A program made the position numbers and the translations under genes. Shown here piece by piece: positions 1 to 8,829 of a stretch of DNA of 64,000 nucleotides (position 1 is the stretch's first letter; each line of letters starts with the position of its first letter). Origin of the DNA: Gaetbulibacter jejuensis (GTDB lineage: Bacteria; Bacteroidota; Bacteroidia; Flavobacteriales; Flavobacteriaceae); the NCBI RefSeq assembly GCF_039524015.1, contig NZ_BAAAGF010000001.1, positions 551,280-615,279 on the forward strand. Direction: 5' to 3'. The notes beneath the pieces are model-generated. The model was not told the origin of the DNA. It saw only the letters and a list, made by a program, of their open reading frames with translations, and did no database searches.

Positions 1-61
1 GTTAAAGGGTAGGCAAAAAGTTTTGTCATATTACAAAAGTAATTCAATGAAATGTATGCAC

Positions 62-91
62 AAAAAAACCACGACTATATCGTGGTTTTTT
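62..91. terminator. Bidirectional intrinsic terminator hairpin (accacga-ctata-tcgtggt) flanked by A-run and T-run
   Basis: Perfect 7-bp stem with 5-nt loop, A7 upstream and T5 downstream; lies just past the stop of the minus-strand gene at 117. Confidence 0.6.
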
Positions 92-116
92 CATAATTCT
101 TTAATGTTGTAGCAAA

Positions 117-527
117 TTAACAGTGCTCGTTATAAGCATCAACTAGGTTGTCAGCAATCATGTCAGCTGGACGACCTTCAATGTGGTGACGCTCTAACAT
201 ATGAACCAATTCACCATCTTTAAATAAAGCCATACTTGGAGAACTTGGAGGAAAAGGAACCATGTAAGCTCTAGCTTTATCAGTAGCTTCTTTATCTACA
301 CCTGCAAAAACAGTTACTAAGTGATCAGGACGTTTAGCATTTTGTAAACTCATTCTAGCTCCTGGACGTGCATTTGCTGCAGCACAACCACAAACCGAGT
401 TTACAACTACTAAAGTTGTTCCTTTTTTTGCTAAAGCAGCATCAACAGCTTCAACAGTATGTAATTCTTCAAAACCAACATTGGTCAAATCTTCGCGCAT
501 TGGTTTTACTAATTCTGCTGGATACAT
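117..527 (-). CDS. brxA: Bacilliredoxin (YphP/BrxA-like, DUF1094 thioredoxin-fold protein)
   Basis: 136 aa; VVVNSVCGCAA redox motif and overall collinearity with B. subtilis YphP as recalled from memory (…SPSMAL…, C-terminal …HC). Confidence 0.7.
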   Translation of the reverse strand: MYPAELVKPMREDLTNVGFEELHTVEAVDAALAKKGTTLVVVNSVCGCAAANARPGARMSLQNAKRPDHLVTVFAGVDKEATDKARAYMVPFPPSSPSMALFKDGELVHMLERHHIEGRPADMIADNLVDAYNEHC

Positions 528-718
528 ATATCGTAAATTTTATAAGATTAATAATTTATTGTGCAAAGATACGGAAAAATAGTAGGCAATCGACAGATTG
601 TAGTTGTTAGAATAAATAGAACCATTTAGGTTTTCAATGGGTAATTTCAGTAACAAAAGCTGTTAAAAAACTACTAACTATAGTATATTTGAGTCCCTTA
701 TAAAATTAAAATACACAT

Positions 719-1498
719 ATGAGTTTTTCAAAATGGATTGGAGCTTCAATTGGTTGGTCTGTTGGAGGTCCAATAGGAGCAATTGTAGGTTTAGCTTTAG
801 GTAGTATTGTTGATGCTATGACCAATGGCAATGGTGGTCCGCTTTTAGGACAAAGTGAACCAAAACGTACAAGACAAGGTCGTTATAGCTCAAGACCAAC
901 TAAGGCACCAAAACAAACACAATCTGGCGATTTTGAAGTAAGTCTACTCATTTTAGCGTCTATAGTTATAAAAGCCGATGGTAACCAAGACCAAAGAGAA
1001 CTGGATTTTGTAAGGCAACAGTTTACCAATATGTATGGTAAAGACCGAGCAAATAATGCGTTTAGACTCTTTAAAAGTATTAGTAAGCAGAATATTTCTA
1101 CAAGACAAGTTTGTATGCAAATACGCAGTATGATGGATCATGCGTCGCGTTTGCAACTACTTCATTTTTTATTTGGAATAGCAAAAGCTGATGGACACGT
1201 TACTGAAGATGAAGTAAGACAAATTTATACCATTTCAGGGTATTTAAGCATTAGTTCACGCGATTTTGAAAGTATTAAAGCCATGTTTTACAACAGTACA
1301 GATAGTGCTTATAAAATACTTGAAATCACTAAAGATGCTACTGTTGATGAAATTAAAGCTGCCTATCGTAAAATGGCAAAAAAATACCATCCTGACAGGG
1401 TAGCGCATCTAGGAGAAGAACACCAAAAAGGAGCTGAAGAGAAGTTTAGACGTGTACAGGAAGCGTATGAAAAGCTACAAAAGGAAAAACGATTTTAA
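719..1498 (+). CDS. djlA: DjlA-like co-chaperone: N-terminal hydrophobic/Gly-rich segment, TerB-like middle domain, C-terminal J-domain
   Basis: C-terminal DnaJ J-domain signature ([30 protein letters not shown]); N-terminal glycine-rich membrane segment; TerB-like core. Confidence 0.6.
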   Translation: MSFSKWIGASIGWSVGGPIGAIVGLALGSIVDAMTNGNGGPLLGQSEPKRTRQGRYSSRPTKAPKQTQSGDFEVSLLILASIVIKADGNQDQRELDFVRQQFTNMYGKDRANNAFRLFKSISKQNISTRQVCMQIRSMMDHASRLQLLHFLFGIAKADGHVTEDEVRQIYTISGYLSISSRDFESIKAMFYNSTDSAYKILEITKDATVDEIKAAYRKMAKKYHPDRVAHLGEEHQKGAEEKFRRVQEAYEKLQKEKRF

Positions 1499-1570
1499 AT
1501 GTATTGAAGAGCGATTTCGTTTTCGGTTTCGATTTTAAGTAGTAATTCTTTACTACGCTCTAAATGATAA

Positions 1571-2731
1571 TCAACCTCTAAACAAAAAGAAATCATCTTT
1601 CATGTCTTCAATTTGGGCATCTTCGTTTGTGATAATATAATCAATTGCTTTTGAAGTAAACTCGTCGCCTTTTGATGTAAGTGAAACAATCTTGTTGTTA
1701 ATTTCAATCATATTGTTCTTTTGGGCCAAATCCAATACGGTTTTACTGCGCACTTTTTGCCAATTGATATGTTCGTTGAGGTGATTGACATGACGTTCTT
1801 CAATATCGTCATGGTTTTTTAAATGCAGTAAAAATGTAAGTAAAGACACTTCAATACGTTGTTGTTTTTCTCGGTACATTACTGCTATTAAACCTTTACT
1901 TGGTGCAAACAAGTACACGATTAAAAAAAGTAAACCTAGCATAGTTGTTATTGAGCCCGCAATTGAGGCATCCAACCAATGTGCAAACCAATAGCCAGAA
2001 ATAGCACTAAATACACCAAATATTATAGCGAGTAAGAGCATTTTCTTTAAGTCGGTTGTTATTAAATAGGCAGCTGCAGCAGGTGCAATCATTAAAGCTA
2101 CAACTAAAATAGCACCAACAGCATCAAAAGCACCAACAGTAGTTACCGAAGACACAGTCATTAGTCCATAATGAATTAAAGCAGGAGAAAACCCGAGTGA
2201 AGCGGCTAATCCAGCATCAAAGGTACTTATTTTTAGTTCTTTAAAAAAAGCAAAAAGTAACCCTAAGGTAATAAGTAGAATAGCGCCAATAATCCATAAC
2301 GATTTTGGACCAACATCAGTTCCTGCAATAAAAAGTCTGTCAAAAGGCGCAAAAGCCAATTCGCCCAAAAGTACAGCATCTACATCCAAATGCACATCGT
2401 TGGCATTTTTGGCAATCATGATCACACCAATACTAAACAAAGCAGGAAACACCAATCCAATAGCAGTATCTTCTTTCACCAAACCTGTTTTTTGAATGTG
2501 CTCAACCAAAACTACTGTAATAATTCCTGTGATGGCTGCTAACAAAATGAGCAATGGCGAGTTGAGGTCTTGTGTTATGAAAAATCCAATTACAATTCCT
2601 GGTAAAATAGAATGACTGATAGCATCGCTAATCATTGCCATTTTTCGAAGCACTAAAAATGTTCCAGGAATGGCACAAGCCACAGCAACCAAACTGGCAA
2701 TGAGCTGTATTTCAATTTGAGCGCTATTCAT
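1571..2731 (-). CDS. Metal (Zn/Mn) ABC transporter permease, ABC-3 family, with about 120-aa C-terminal DtxR-like winged-helix extension
   Basis: Multi-TM ABC-3 core followed by a soluble tail (…KTVLDLAQKNNMIEINNKIVSLTSKGDEF…) that resembles a DtxR/MntR-type HTH. The ORF track start is at 2773; the internal Met at 2731 gives an 8-nt overlap with the upstream gene. Confidence 0.75.
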   Translation of the reverse strand: MNSAQIEIQLIASLVAVACAIPGTFLVLRKMAMISDAISHSILPGIVIGFFITQDLNSPLLILLAAITGIITVVLVEHIQKTGLVKEDTAIGLVFPALFSIGVIMIAKNANDVHLDVDAVLLGELAFAPFDRLFIAGTDVGPKSLWIIGAILLITLGLLFAFFKELKISTFDAGLAASLGFSPALIHYGLMTVSSVTTVGAFDAVGAILVVALMIAPAAAAYLITTDLKKMLLLAIIFGVFSAISGYWFAHWLDASIAGSITTMLGLLFLIVYLFAPSKGLIAVMYREKQQRIEVSLLTFLLHLKNHDDIEERHVNHLNEHINWQKVRSKTVLDLAQKNNMIEINNKIVSLTSKGDEFTSKAIDYIITNEDAQIEDMKDDFFLFRG

Positions 2732-3758
2732 CGGTTTTGTGTTGTTGGTTATACAGGTTAGCGGCTTTTTCAAACCCTTTTTGGGTTAAACTCCACATCG
2801 TACCATCTATAGTAACATAGTCTTTATCAACCAGTTTTTGCAGTGTTTTACGTGTAAACCCATGGAAGTTATTCAAGATTTTAATTGTGTGTGGATGCGA
2901 AATATCTTCATGGGTTTCAGCAATATGGTACATAAAGGCCAAGGTTTTTTGCTGTTCCAAATCGCGTCTATTGGCAATAAATCGGATTTGTCGAAATAGT
3001 AATCCTCTGCTTGGAGAAAAGATAAAAGACACAACAACAAACACTGATGCTACAATAACAATAACAGGACCAGTAGATAGGTTGTTCTGACTTGCGCTAA
3101 TGGCAGTACCAAACACTCCTGAAAAGGCGCCAAAAATAGCAGCTAAAAGCACCATCTTACTCAAGCTATTGGTCCATTGTCTTGCAGCAGCAGCAGGTGC
3201 TAATAACATAGCACTCATTAAAACCACACCTACAGTTTGTAAGCCTAAAACAATAGCTAAAACAATAAAACTCGTAATTAGGATGTCAATGGTTTTGGTG
3301 TTGAAACCTAATGTTTTTGCATAGTCTTTATCAAACAATAATATTTTGAATTCCTTCCAAAAGAGTAAAAGCACCAATAAGCACAGTCCAGTCACGATAG
3401 CCATTAACCACACATCACTTTCCACTAAGGTTGCCGCTTGACCAAACAGGTATTTGTCTAATCCAGCTTGATTGGCATTGGGTTGTTTTTGAATAAAGGT
3501 GAGCAATAACATTCCAAAACCAAAGAACAAGGACAAAATCAATCCCAACGCAGTATCCGATTTTAAATGTGTTTTGGTAATGATACCTCTAATCCAGAAC
3601 GTGCCAAGTAACCCACTTACTAAAGCACCTAACAAGAGCGTATTGCTGTCTTTTGCTCCAGTAATTAAAAAAGCGATTGCAATTCCAGGTAAGGCAGCGT
3701 GGGAAATAGCATCTCCAAGTAAACTTTGTTTTCGGAGTACAGCAAAACTACCCAACAT
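2724..3758 (-). CDS. Metal (Zn/Mn) ABC transporter permease, ABC-3 family, with about 80-aa C-terminal DtxR-like winged-helix extension
   Basis: Paralogous ABC-3 permease core; C-terminal tail …HTIKILNNFHGFTRKTLQKLVDKDYVTIDGTMWSLTQKGFEKA… looks like a winged helix. Confidence 0.75.
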   Translation of the reverse strand: MLGSFAVLRKQSLLGDAISHAALPGIAIAFLITGAKDSNTLLLGALVSGLLGTFWIRGIITKTHLKSDTALGLILSLFFGFGMLLLTFIQKQPNANQAGLDKYLFGQAATLVESDVWLMAIVTGLCLLVLLLFWKEFKILLFDKDYAKTLGFNTKTIDILITSFIVLAIVLGLQTVGVVLMSAMLLAPAAAARQWTNSLSKMVLLAAIFGAFSGVFGTAISASQNNLSTGPVIVIVASVFVVVSFIFSPSRGLLFRQIRFIANRRDLEQQKTLAFMYHIAETHEDISHPHTIKILNNFHGFTRKTLQKLVDKDYVTIDGTMWSLTQKGFEKAANLYNQQHKTDE

Positions 3759-3990
3759 ACCAGTAACAGCACCAAGAATTGCGGTTCCAAGTGTGATGGT
3801 TCTTAAGGTGTAATCGTTAATTACGAGTTCTATGTATTCTAGAAAGTCTATTGGGATTTTGTTGTTAGAGGTTAGACATTAGTTTTTGTTTTTTTTCATT
3901 CCGCAATATCACACTGAGCTTGTCAAAGTATTGATGCGGAATCCATTAATTTTAGATCCTGAATCAAGTTCAGGATGACAGTTTTTAATA

Positions 3991-4725
3991 TTACTCTTGT
4001 ATACTCACTTTATAATTAATGCCGTAGGTTTTAGTCAGGTTGTCATCATTAAAAATATCCTTAACAGGACCTGTGGCAATTTTTTTCACATTTAAGAAAG
4101 TTACCCAATCAAAATATTCAGGAACCGTTTGTAAATCGTGATGCACGACGATAACGGTTTTTCCTGCTTTTCGCAATTCCTTTAAAATATTGATAATGGC
4201 AATTTCAGTAGTGGCATCAACACCTTGAAAAGGTTCATCCATAAAATATATGGAAGCGTCCTGCACCAAAGCTCGTGCTAAAAAAATACGCTGTTGTTGT
4301 CCTCCAGATAACTGACTAATTTGTCTATTTTTAAAAGGCAACATACCTACTTTTTCCAAAGCTTCAAGAGCTGCTTTTTTTTCTTTTTGACCAGGACGTT
4401 TTATCCAGCCTAAACTGCCATAAGTTCCCATCATGACAACATCTAAAGCTGTTGTTGGGAAATCCCAATCTACACTTCCTTTTTGAGGCACATAAGCAAC
4501 CAAATCACGTTGTTTCTCGTAAGGTTTTCCATAAATGGAAACACTACCAGCAATAGGTTTTAAAATACCCAATATGGCTTTGATGAGTGTCGATTTTCCT
4601 GCGCCATTTGGCCCAACAATAGCCATAAGAACACCTTCAGGAATTTCTAAATCAATATCCCAAAGTACAGGTTTGTAGTTATAAGCAACCGTTAAATCAT
4701 CGACTTGTACAGCTATTTTTTTCAT
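3991..4725 (-). CDS. Metal ABC transporter ATP-binding protein (ZnuC/MntA-like)
   Basis: Walker [13 protein letters not shown] signature LSGGQQQR, Walker B/D-loop; in operon with the permeases and the binding protein. Confidence 0.85.
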   Translation of the reverse strand: MKKIAVQVDDLTVAYNYKPVLWDIDLEIPEGVLMAIVGPNGAGKSTLIKAILGILKPIAGSVSIYGKPYEKQRDLVAYVPQKGSVDWDFPTTALDVVMMGTYGSLGWIKRPGQKEKKAALEALEKVGMLPFKNRQISQLSGGQQQRIFLARALVQDASIYFMDEPFQGVDATTEIAIINILKELRKAGKTVIVVHHDLQTVPEYFDWVTFLNVKKIATGPVKDIFNDDNLTKTYGINYKVSIQE

Positions 4726-5636
4726 TATTTCAACGCATTAACAATAGTATTTACATTATACTCAAACATGCCAATATAAGTACCTTCATTAGTTCCAGTA
4801 TTTCCAAGCGCATCAGAATATAAAGTGCCTCCAATTTCCACATTGTGACCTTTAGATTTTACTGCGGCTTGGAGTGCTTCAATGGTACGTTTGGGTACTG
4901 AACTTTCTACAAATATAGCCTTAATGCCTTTTTCAATAATAAAAGCTGATAATTTTTGAACATCTTGAACACCAGCTTCAGTTGCTGTTGAGAGTCCTTG
5001 TAGGCCAACAACTTCAAAATTGTAAGACCTTCCAAAGTAATTAAAGGCATCATGAGCTGTTACTAAAAAGCGTTTTTCTCTTGGTAATTCCTCAATCTTT
5101 AATGTGATATCAGACTTTAGGCTTAAAAGACGCTTGTAGTAGTTTTGCCAATTTTCCTCATACAGTTGGGCATTTTCAGGATCTTTTTCTTGTAAAACCC
5201 TTGACACTTCACTTCCAAAGCTGATAAAGTAATCAATATTAAACCATACGTGAGGATCGTAATTTGAAGCAAAATAGTCGGAACCTATTAAGGTAGATTT
5301 GTCAATGACATCAGTTAAGGCAATTGGCGTTTTTCCACTTCGTTCCATTTTTTCAAAGACTTCAACGAGCTTACCTTCCAAATGCAATCCGTTGTAAAAA
5401 ATAATATCAGCATTTACCAATTTGGTAACATCGCCTTCGCTTGCTTTGTAAAGGTGAGGGTCGACACCACTTCCCATTAATCCTTGAAGGTTGATATTAT
5501 CTCCACCAATGTTTTTAACCAAATCGGTAATCATGGTTGTTGTGGTAACCACATTGAGTTTACCATCTGTTGACTTTTCATTTTTACAGCTTGTAAAAGA
5601 AATAAGTAGGAGTATTAAGAGTGCTAACTTTTTCAT
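4725..5636 (-). CDS. Metal ABC transporter substrate-binding lipoprotein (TroA/ZnuA/MntC cluster 9 SBP)
   Basis: Lipoprotein signal (…SFTSC), TroA-like fold-length protein at the head of the ABC operon; the stop of the next gene overlaps its start (ATGA). Confidence 0.75.
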   Translation of the reverse strand: MKKLALLILLLISFTSCKNEKSTDGKLNVVTTTTMITDLVKNIGGDNINLQGLMGSGVDPHLYKASEGDVTKLVNADIIFYNGLHLEGKLVEVFEKMERSGKTPIALTDVIDKSTLIGSDYFASNYDPHVWFNIDYFISFGSEVSRVLQEKDPENAQLYEENWQNYYKRLLSLKSDITLKIEELPREKRFLVTAHDAFNYFGRSYNFEVVGLQGLSTATEAGVQDVQKLSAFIIEKGIKAIFVESSVPKRTIEALQAAVKSKGHNVEIGGTLYSDALGNTGTNEGTYIGMFEYNVNTIVNALK

Positions 5637-5695
5637 TTTTTAAATTTAGATAAATATATGTTTTTAAGAAAACATTGTGCTATTAGTGTTTTTGT

Positions 5696-5744
5696 ATATA
5701 AAAACCTGAAGATGATGCGGTCGTGTTTGCAGTCATCTTCAGGT
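5696..5744 (-). terminator. Intrinsic terminator after the TonB-dependent receptor gene (12-bp stem acctgaagatga/tcatcttcaggt)
   Basis: Long perfect hairpin followed on the minus strand by a T-run (ggtttttatata). Confidence 0.6.
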
Positions 5745-5768
5745 GGCTTGAATTACCAATTCAAATTT

Positions 5769-8018
5769 TTAATTTAATTGAAACCGCATTCCAAAAAACA
5801 AACGACGTCCTTGGTTTGGAGCATAAACATAGGATGGGTCAAATGTTAATGCATAAGGGTTTTCAGAAGTAGCCATAACACTTCCGTCAGGATTATAATC
5901 AACATTTTCATCAAAGGGATCGTGTGATCTTGCAATAATGAATGGTTCTCCTTTGTTTGGAGTCCAATTTAAAAGATTTTTAATGCCAGCATAAAGCTCT
6001 ATGTTTTTAATGCCATCATACGTTAATTGAATATTTTGTACACTCCATGTTGGTGATTTGTCATTTCTAGGGTCTAAATCGCCTAACGTTGGTAATCGCA
6101 TTGGGCCATAAATGTTCCCAGTGTAATCTAAAGTTAGGTTGGTTTTATAGTGTTTGTAAGATAATGCCCAAGTACCTGAGAATTTTTCAGTTAAAATTTG
6201 ATCAATGGTTTCGTCGTTTTCGGTTTGTGAAACATCTTGATGAGTAACACCTAAAAGAGCTTTAATGCCATTGCCAAAAACCGCATCAATGTTTAAGCTA
6301 GCCCCTTTAGAGGTTGCGTGTCCATCAAGGTTATCATATATAATTTGGTTTGGATTGGTGTCATAATCTGGCAATATAGCATTTGTAAAATGTGTGTACC
6401 AAAGCGATGCGTCAAATGTAAATATAAACCCATTTTTGGTGTATAATTTTTTGAGGTAGTTAAGATTAACGTTATATGATTTTTCAGGTTTAAGTGTTTC
6501 CTCAATAATTACATCTCTAGCGCCTGTTAGTGCTGCATGTTCTTCAGTGAAAAGGTTTACAACACGAAATCCTGTTCCTGCATTCACTCTAAAAATATCA
6601 TTTTCGGTAGGCTTGTAACGGTAAGCTATTCTTGGTGTAAATATAGAGCCATGACGTTTATCGTAATCATAACGTGCACCTAAAAGTAACTTTTGTTTTG
6701 AGCTAAGCGAAATTTCATCTTGGGCAAAAATTGAAGGTATTGTTACTTCATCGGCATTAAGGGTTGCTGTGGTGTTGTCGTTGTAGAAATTATATCGCGC
6801 TGCTGCACCTATTAAGATATTGTGATGGTTTAAAGATGTGTCCCAAACCAATTGCCCAAATCCGATGCGCTGTTTTGCCAGATATGGAGTATCTCCATAT
6901 ACCGAATTTTGATCATGATCGGAATATGAAAACTGAAGGTTAACGGTTTCCTTAATAGGAAGTTGATAATTTCCAATAATCTCAAAGCGTGAAGTGTATA
7001 TGCTTTCGCCATAAACGTCGTTTCCGCCTCTGTAACTTGGATTCCATTGCATTTCGCCTCCCCAACGATCTTCATAAAAATAGCGACCTGCTAATGAAAA
7101 TTTACGATTGTTGCTGCGTTTAAAATCCCATTTTTGAAATATTGAAATTCGATCTTGTAGTGTGACATCAGTAAAATTGTCGTTGTTATTATCGATTGGG
7201 TTGGAGTAATTATAGTAATTGGTCCCTAGTAGCATTGTTGTTTTTTCTCCAATAATAGCTTTGTAGCCAAGGTCGATGTTGGCTTCGCCCCAACCTGTTA
7301 CAAAACCATCTGCCGATAATTTTGAAGTATTTTCAGGCAACTTGGTGATAATATTTATTAAACCACCAACAGCTTCACTTCCATAAAGAGAAGACGCTGG
7401 ACCTTTAACAATTTCAACTTGTTCAATTAATGAGTTTGGAATTCCTGATAAGCCGTAAACAGTTGAGAGTCCGCTTACAATTGGCATACCATCTATAAGC
7501 ACTAATGTGTAAGGACCTTCCAATCCATTAATATGAATATCGCCAGTGTTGCAGACATTACAGTTTAATTGAGGTCTAACACCATTCACGTTTTGTAGTG
7601 CTTCAAAAATATTTGGAGTTGGGTTTTTCTTTAAAAACGTAGGAGAATACACTTCAACTGGAACTGGACTTTCCAATCGGTTTACAGGTTTAAGCGTTCC
7701 TGTAACAACAACTTCATTTAAAGATTCAGAAAGACTCAAATCAAAATTCACAATTACATCACTATTGGAAATAGTTATTGACTTACTCTCAGACCGAAAC
7801 CCAGTAAATGATGCAATTATAGTATAGTTTCCTGGTGAAACATTGGTAATAGTATAGGTGCCATTTTCATTACTTACAGCGCCTTTGGTTGTATTTTTTA
7901 AATAGACGTTTACAAATGAAAGCGGTTCGCCTTCAGAAGAGATCGTTCCTTTGATATTTTGAGCAAATGAATTGAAAGATATAAACAAGCAAAATAAGCA
8001 GAGTATATTTTTTTTCAT
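5769..8018 (-). CDS. TonB-dependent outer-membrane receptor with N-terminal carboxypeptidase-regulatory-like (CarbD) domain; candidate ZnuD-like metal receptor
   Basis: Signal peptide, CarbD-like beta-sandwich, plug and 22-strand barrel-length protein; sits beside the metal ABC operon and is divergent from a DtxR-family regulator. Confidence 0.8.
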   Translation of the reverse strand: MKKNILCLFCLFISFNSFAQNIKGTISSEGEPLSFVNVYLKNTTKGAVSNENGTYTITNVSPGNYTIIASFTGFRSESKSITISNSDVIVNFDLSLSESLNEVVVTGTLKPVNRLESPVPVEVYSPTFLKKNPTPNIFEALQNVNGVRPQLNCNVCNTGDIHINGLEGPYTLVLIDGMPIVSGLSTVYGLSGIPNSLIEQVEIVKGPASSLYGSEAVGGLINIITKLPENTSKLSADGFVTGWGEANIDLGYKAIIGEKTTMLLGTNYYNYSNPIDNNNDNFTDVTLQDRISIFQKWDFKRSNNRKFSLAGRYFYEDRWGGEMQWNPSYRGGNDVYGESIYTSRFEIIGNYQLPIKETVNLQFSYSDHDQNSVYGDTPYLAKQRIGFGQLVWDTSLNHHNILIGAAARYNFYNDNTTATLNADEVTIPSIFAQDEISLSSKQKLLLGARYDYDKRHGSIFTPRIAYRYKPTENDIFRVNAGTGFRVVNLFTEEHAALTGARDVIIEETLKPEKSYNVNLNYLKKLYTKNGFIFTFDASLWYTHFTNAILPDYDTNPNQIIYDNLDGHATSKGASLNIDAVFGNGIKALLGVTHQDVSQTENDETIDQILTEKFSGTWALSYKHYKTNLTLDYTGNIYGPMRLPTLGDLDPRNDKSPTWSVQNIQLTYDGIKNIELYAGIKNLLNWTPNKGEPFIIARSHDPFDENVDYNPDGSVMATSENPYALTFDPSYVYAPNQGRRLFFGMRFQLN

Positions 8019-8055
8019 TAGTATTTGTATTAATTTTAAACAAAGGTAAAATAAA

Positions 8056-8073
8056 ATTTAGACAAATCTAAAA
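8056..8073. promoter_or_regulatory. Candidate operator palindrome ATTTAGAcaaaTCTAAAA in the TBDR/regulator divergent intergenic region
   Basis: 5-4-5 inverted repeat TTAGA-caaa-TCTAA, resembling DtxR/MntR-type TTAG…CTAA half-sites. Related ATCTAAAT words occur upstream of the ABC operon (5645-5658) and feoA (13954-13971). Confidence 0.3.
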
Positions 8074-8109
8074 ATAAAATTAAATGATTCTTTTTTTATC
8101 TTTGTTAAG

Positions 8110-8766
8110 ATGAATACTAGAACAGAAGAAAACTACTTAAAGGCCATTTATCATTTAGGAGAAAATGGAGCCTTAAATGTGAGCACTAATGCAATTGCAG
8201 AAGTCATGAACACCAAAGCCTCTTCGGTGACTGATATGGTGAAAAAACTATCGGAAAAAGCGTATGTGAATTACAAAAAATACCAAGGTGTCACATTAAC
8301 CAAAGAAGGTCAAAAAGTAGCAATTAGCATTATAAGAAAACACAGACTTTGGGAGGTGTTTTTGGTTGAAAAGCTAAATTTCACTTGGGACGAAGTCCAT
8401 GAAGTTGCTGAGCAACTAGAACATATTAAGTCTGATAAATTAATAAGAGAGCTTGATGTTTTTTTGGAATTTCCTTCACACGATCCACATGGCGATCCAA
8501 TTCCTGATCAAGACGGAAACTTTAAAGATTTTGAAAAAATATTATTATCGCAAGCACAAATTGGGAAAGCCTATAAATGTGTAGGTGTCAATGATTCGTC
8601 ATCTGATTTTTTAAAATATTTAGACCTTAATGGCATTTCTCTAGGTACAAAAATTACCGTTGTCCATAAAGAAACCTATGATAATTCTTTGAAGATTAGA
8701 CTCAATTCTTCAGAAATAACAGTATCTCAAAATGTCGCAAAAAACTTGTTTTTAAATCAAGCCTAA
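8110..8766 (+). CDS. DtxR/MntR-family metal-dependent transcriptional regulator with C-terminal FeoA/SH3-like domain
   Basis: N-terminal HTH plus metal-binding dimerisation region typical of DtxR/IdeR (…NYLKAIYHL…), C-terminal FeoA-like domain. Confidence 0.8.
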   Translation: MNTRTEENYLKAIYHLGENGALNVSTNAIAEVMNTKASSVTDMVKKLSEKAYVNYKKYQGVTLTKEGQKVAISIIRKHRLWEVFLVEKLNFTWDEVHEVAEQLEHIKSDKLIRELDVFLEFPSHDPHGDPIPDQDGNFKDFEKILLSQAQIGKAYKCVGVNDSSSDFLKYLDLNGISLGTKITVVHKETYDNSLKIRLNSSEITVSQNVAKNLFLNQA

Positions 8767-8829
8767 TCACGTATTTACGGAAGTGTTTTTTTATTAGTAT
8801 TTTCACAAATCAATTTTCAAAACTTAATT

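Noticed and set aside
368-610. 80-aa ORF on the plus strand
   Set aside because: It lies wholly antisense within the bacilliredoxin gene. Its composition is low-complexity and Leu/Gln-rich, with no start context. It is a typical shadow ORF.
5769-8018. Considered whether the TonB-dependent receptor is part of a SusC/SusD polysaccharide utilisation locus
   Set aside because: No SusD-like lipoprotein gene follows. The context is metal-uptake genes, and the N-terminal CarbD domain alone is not diagnostic.
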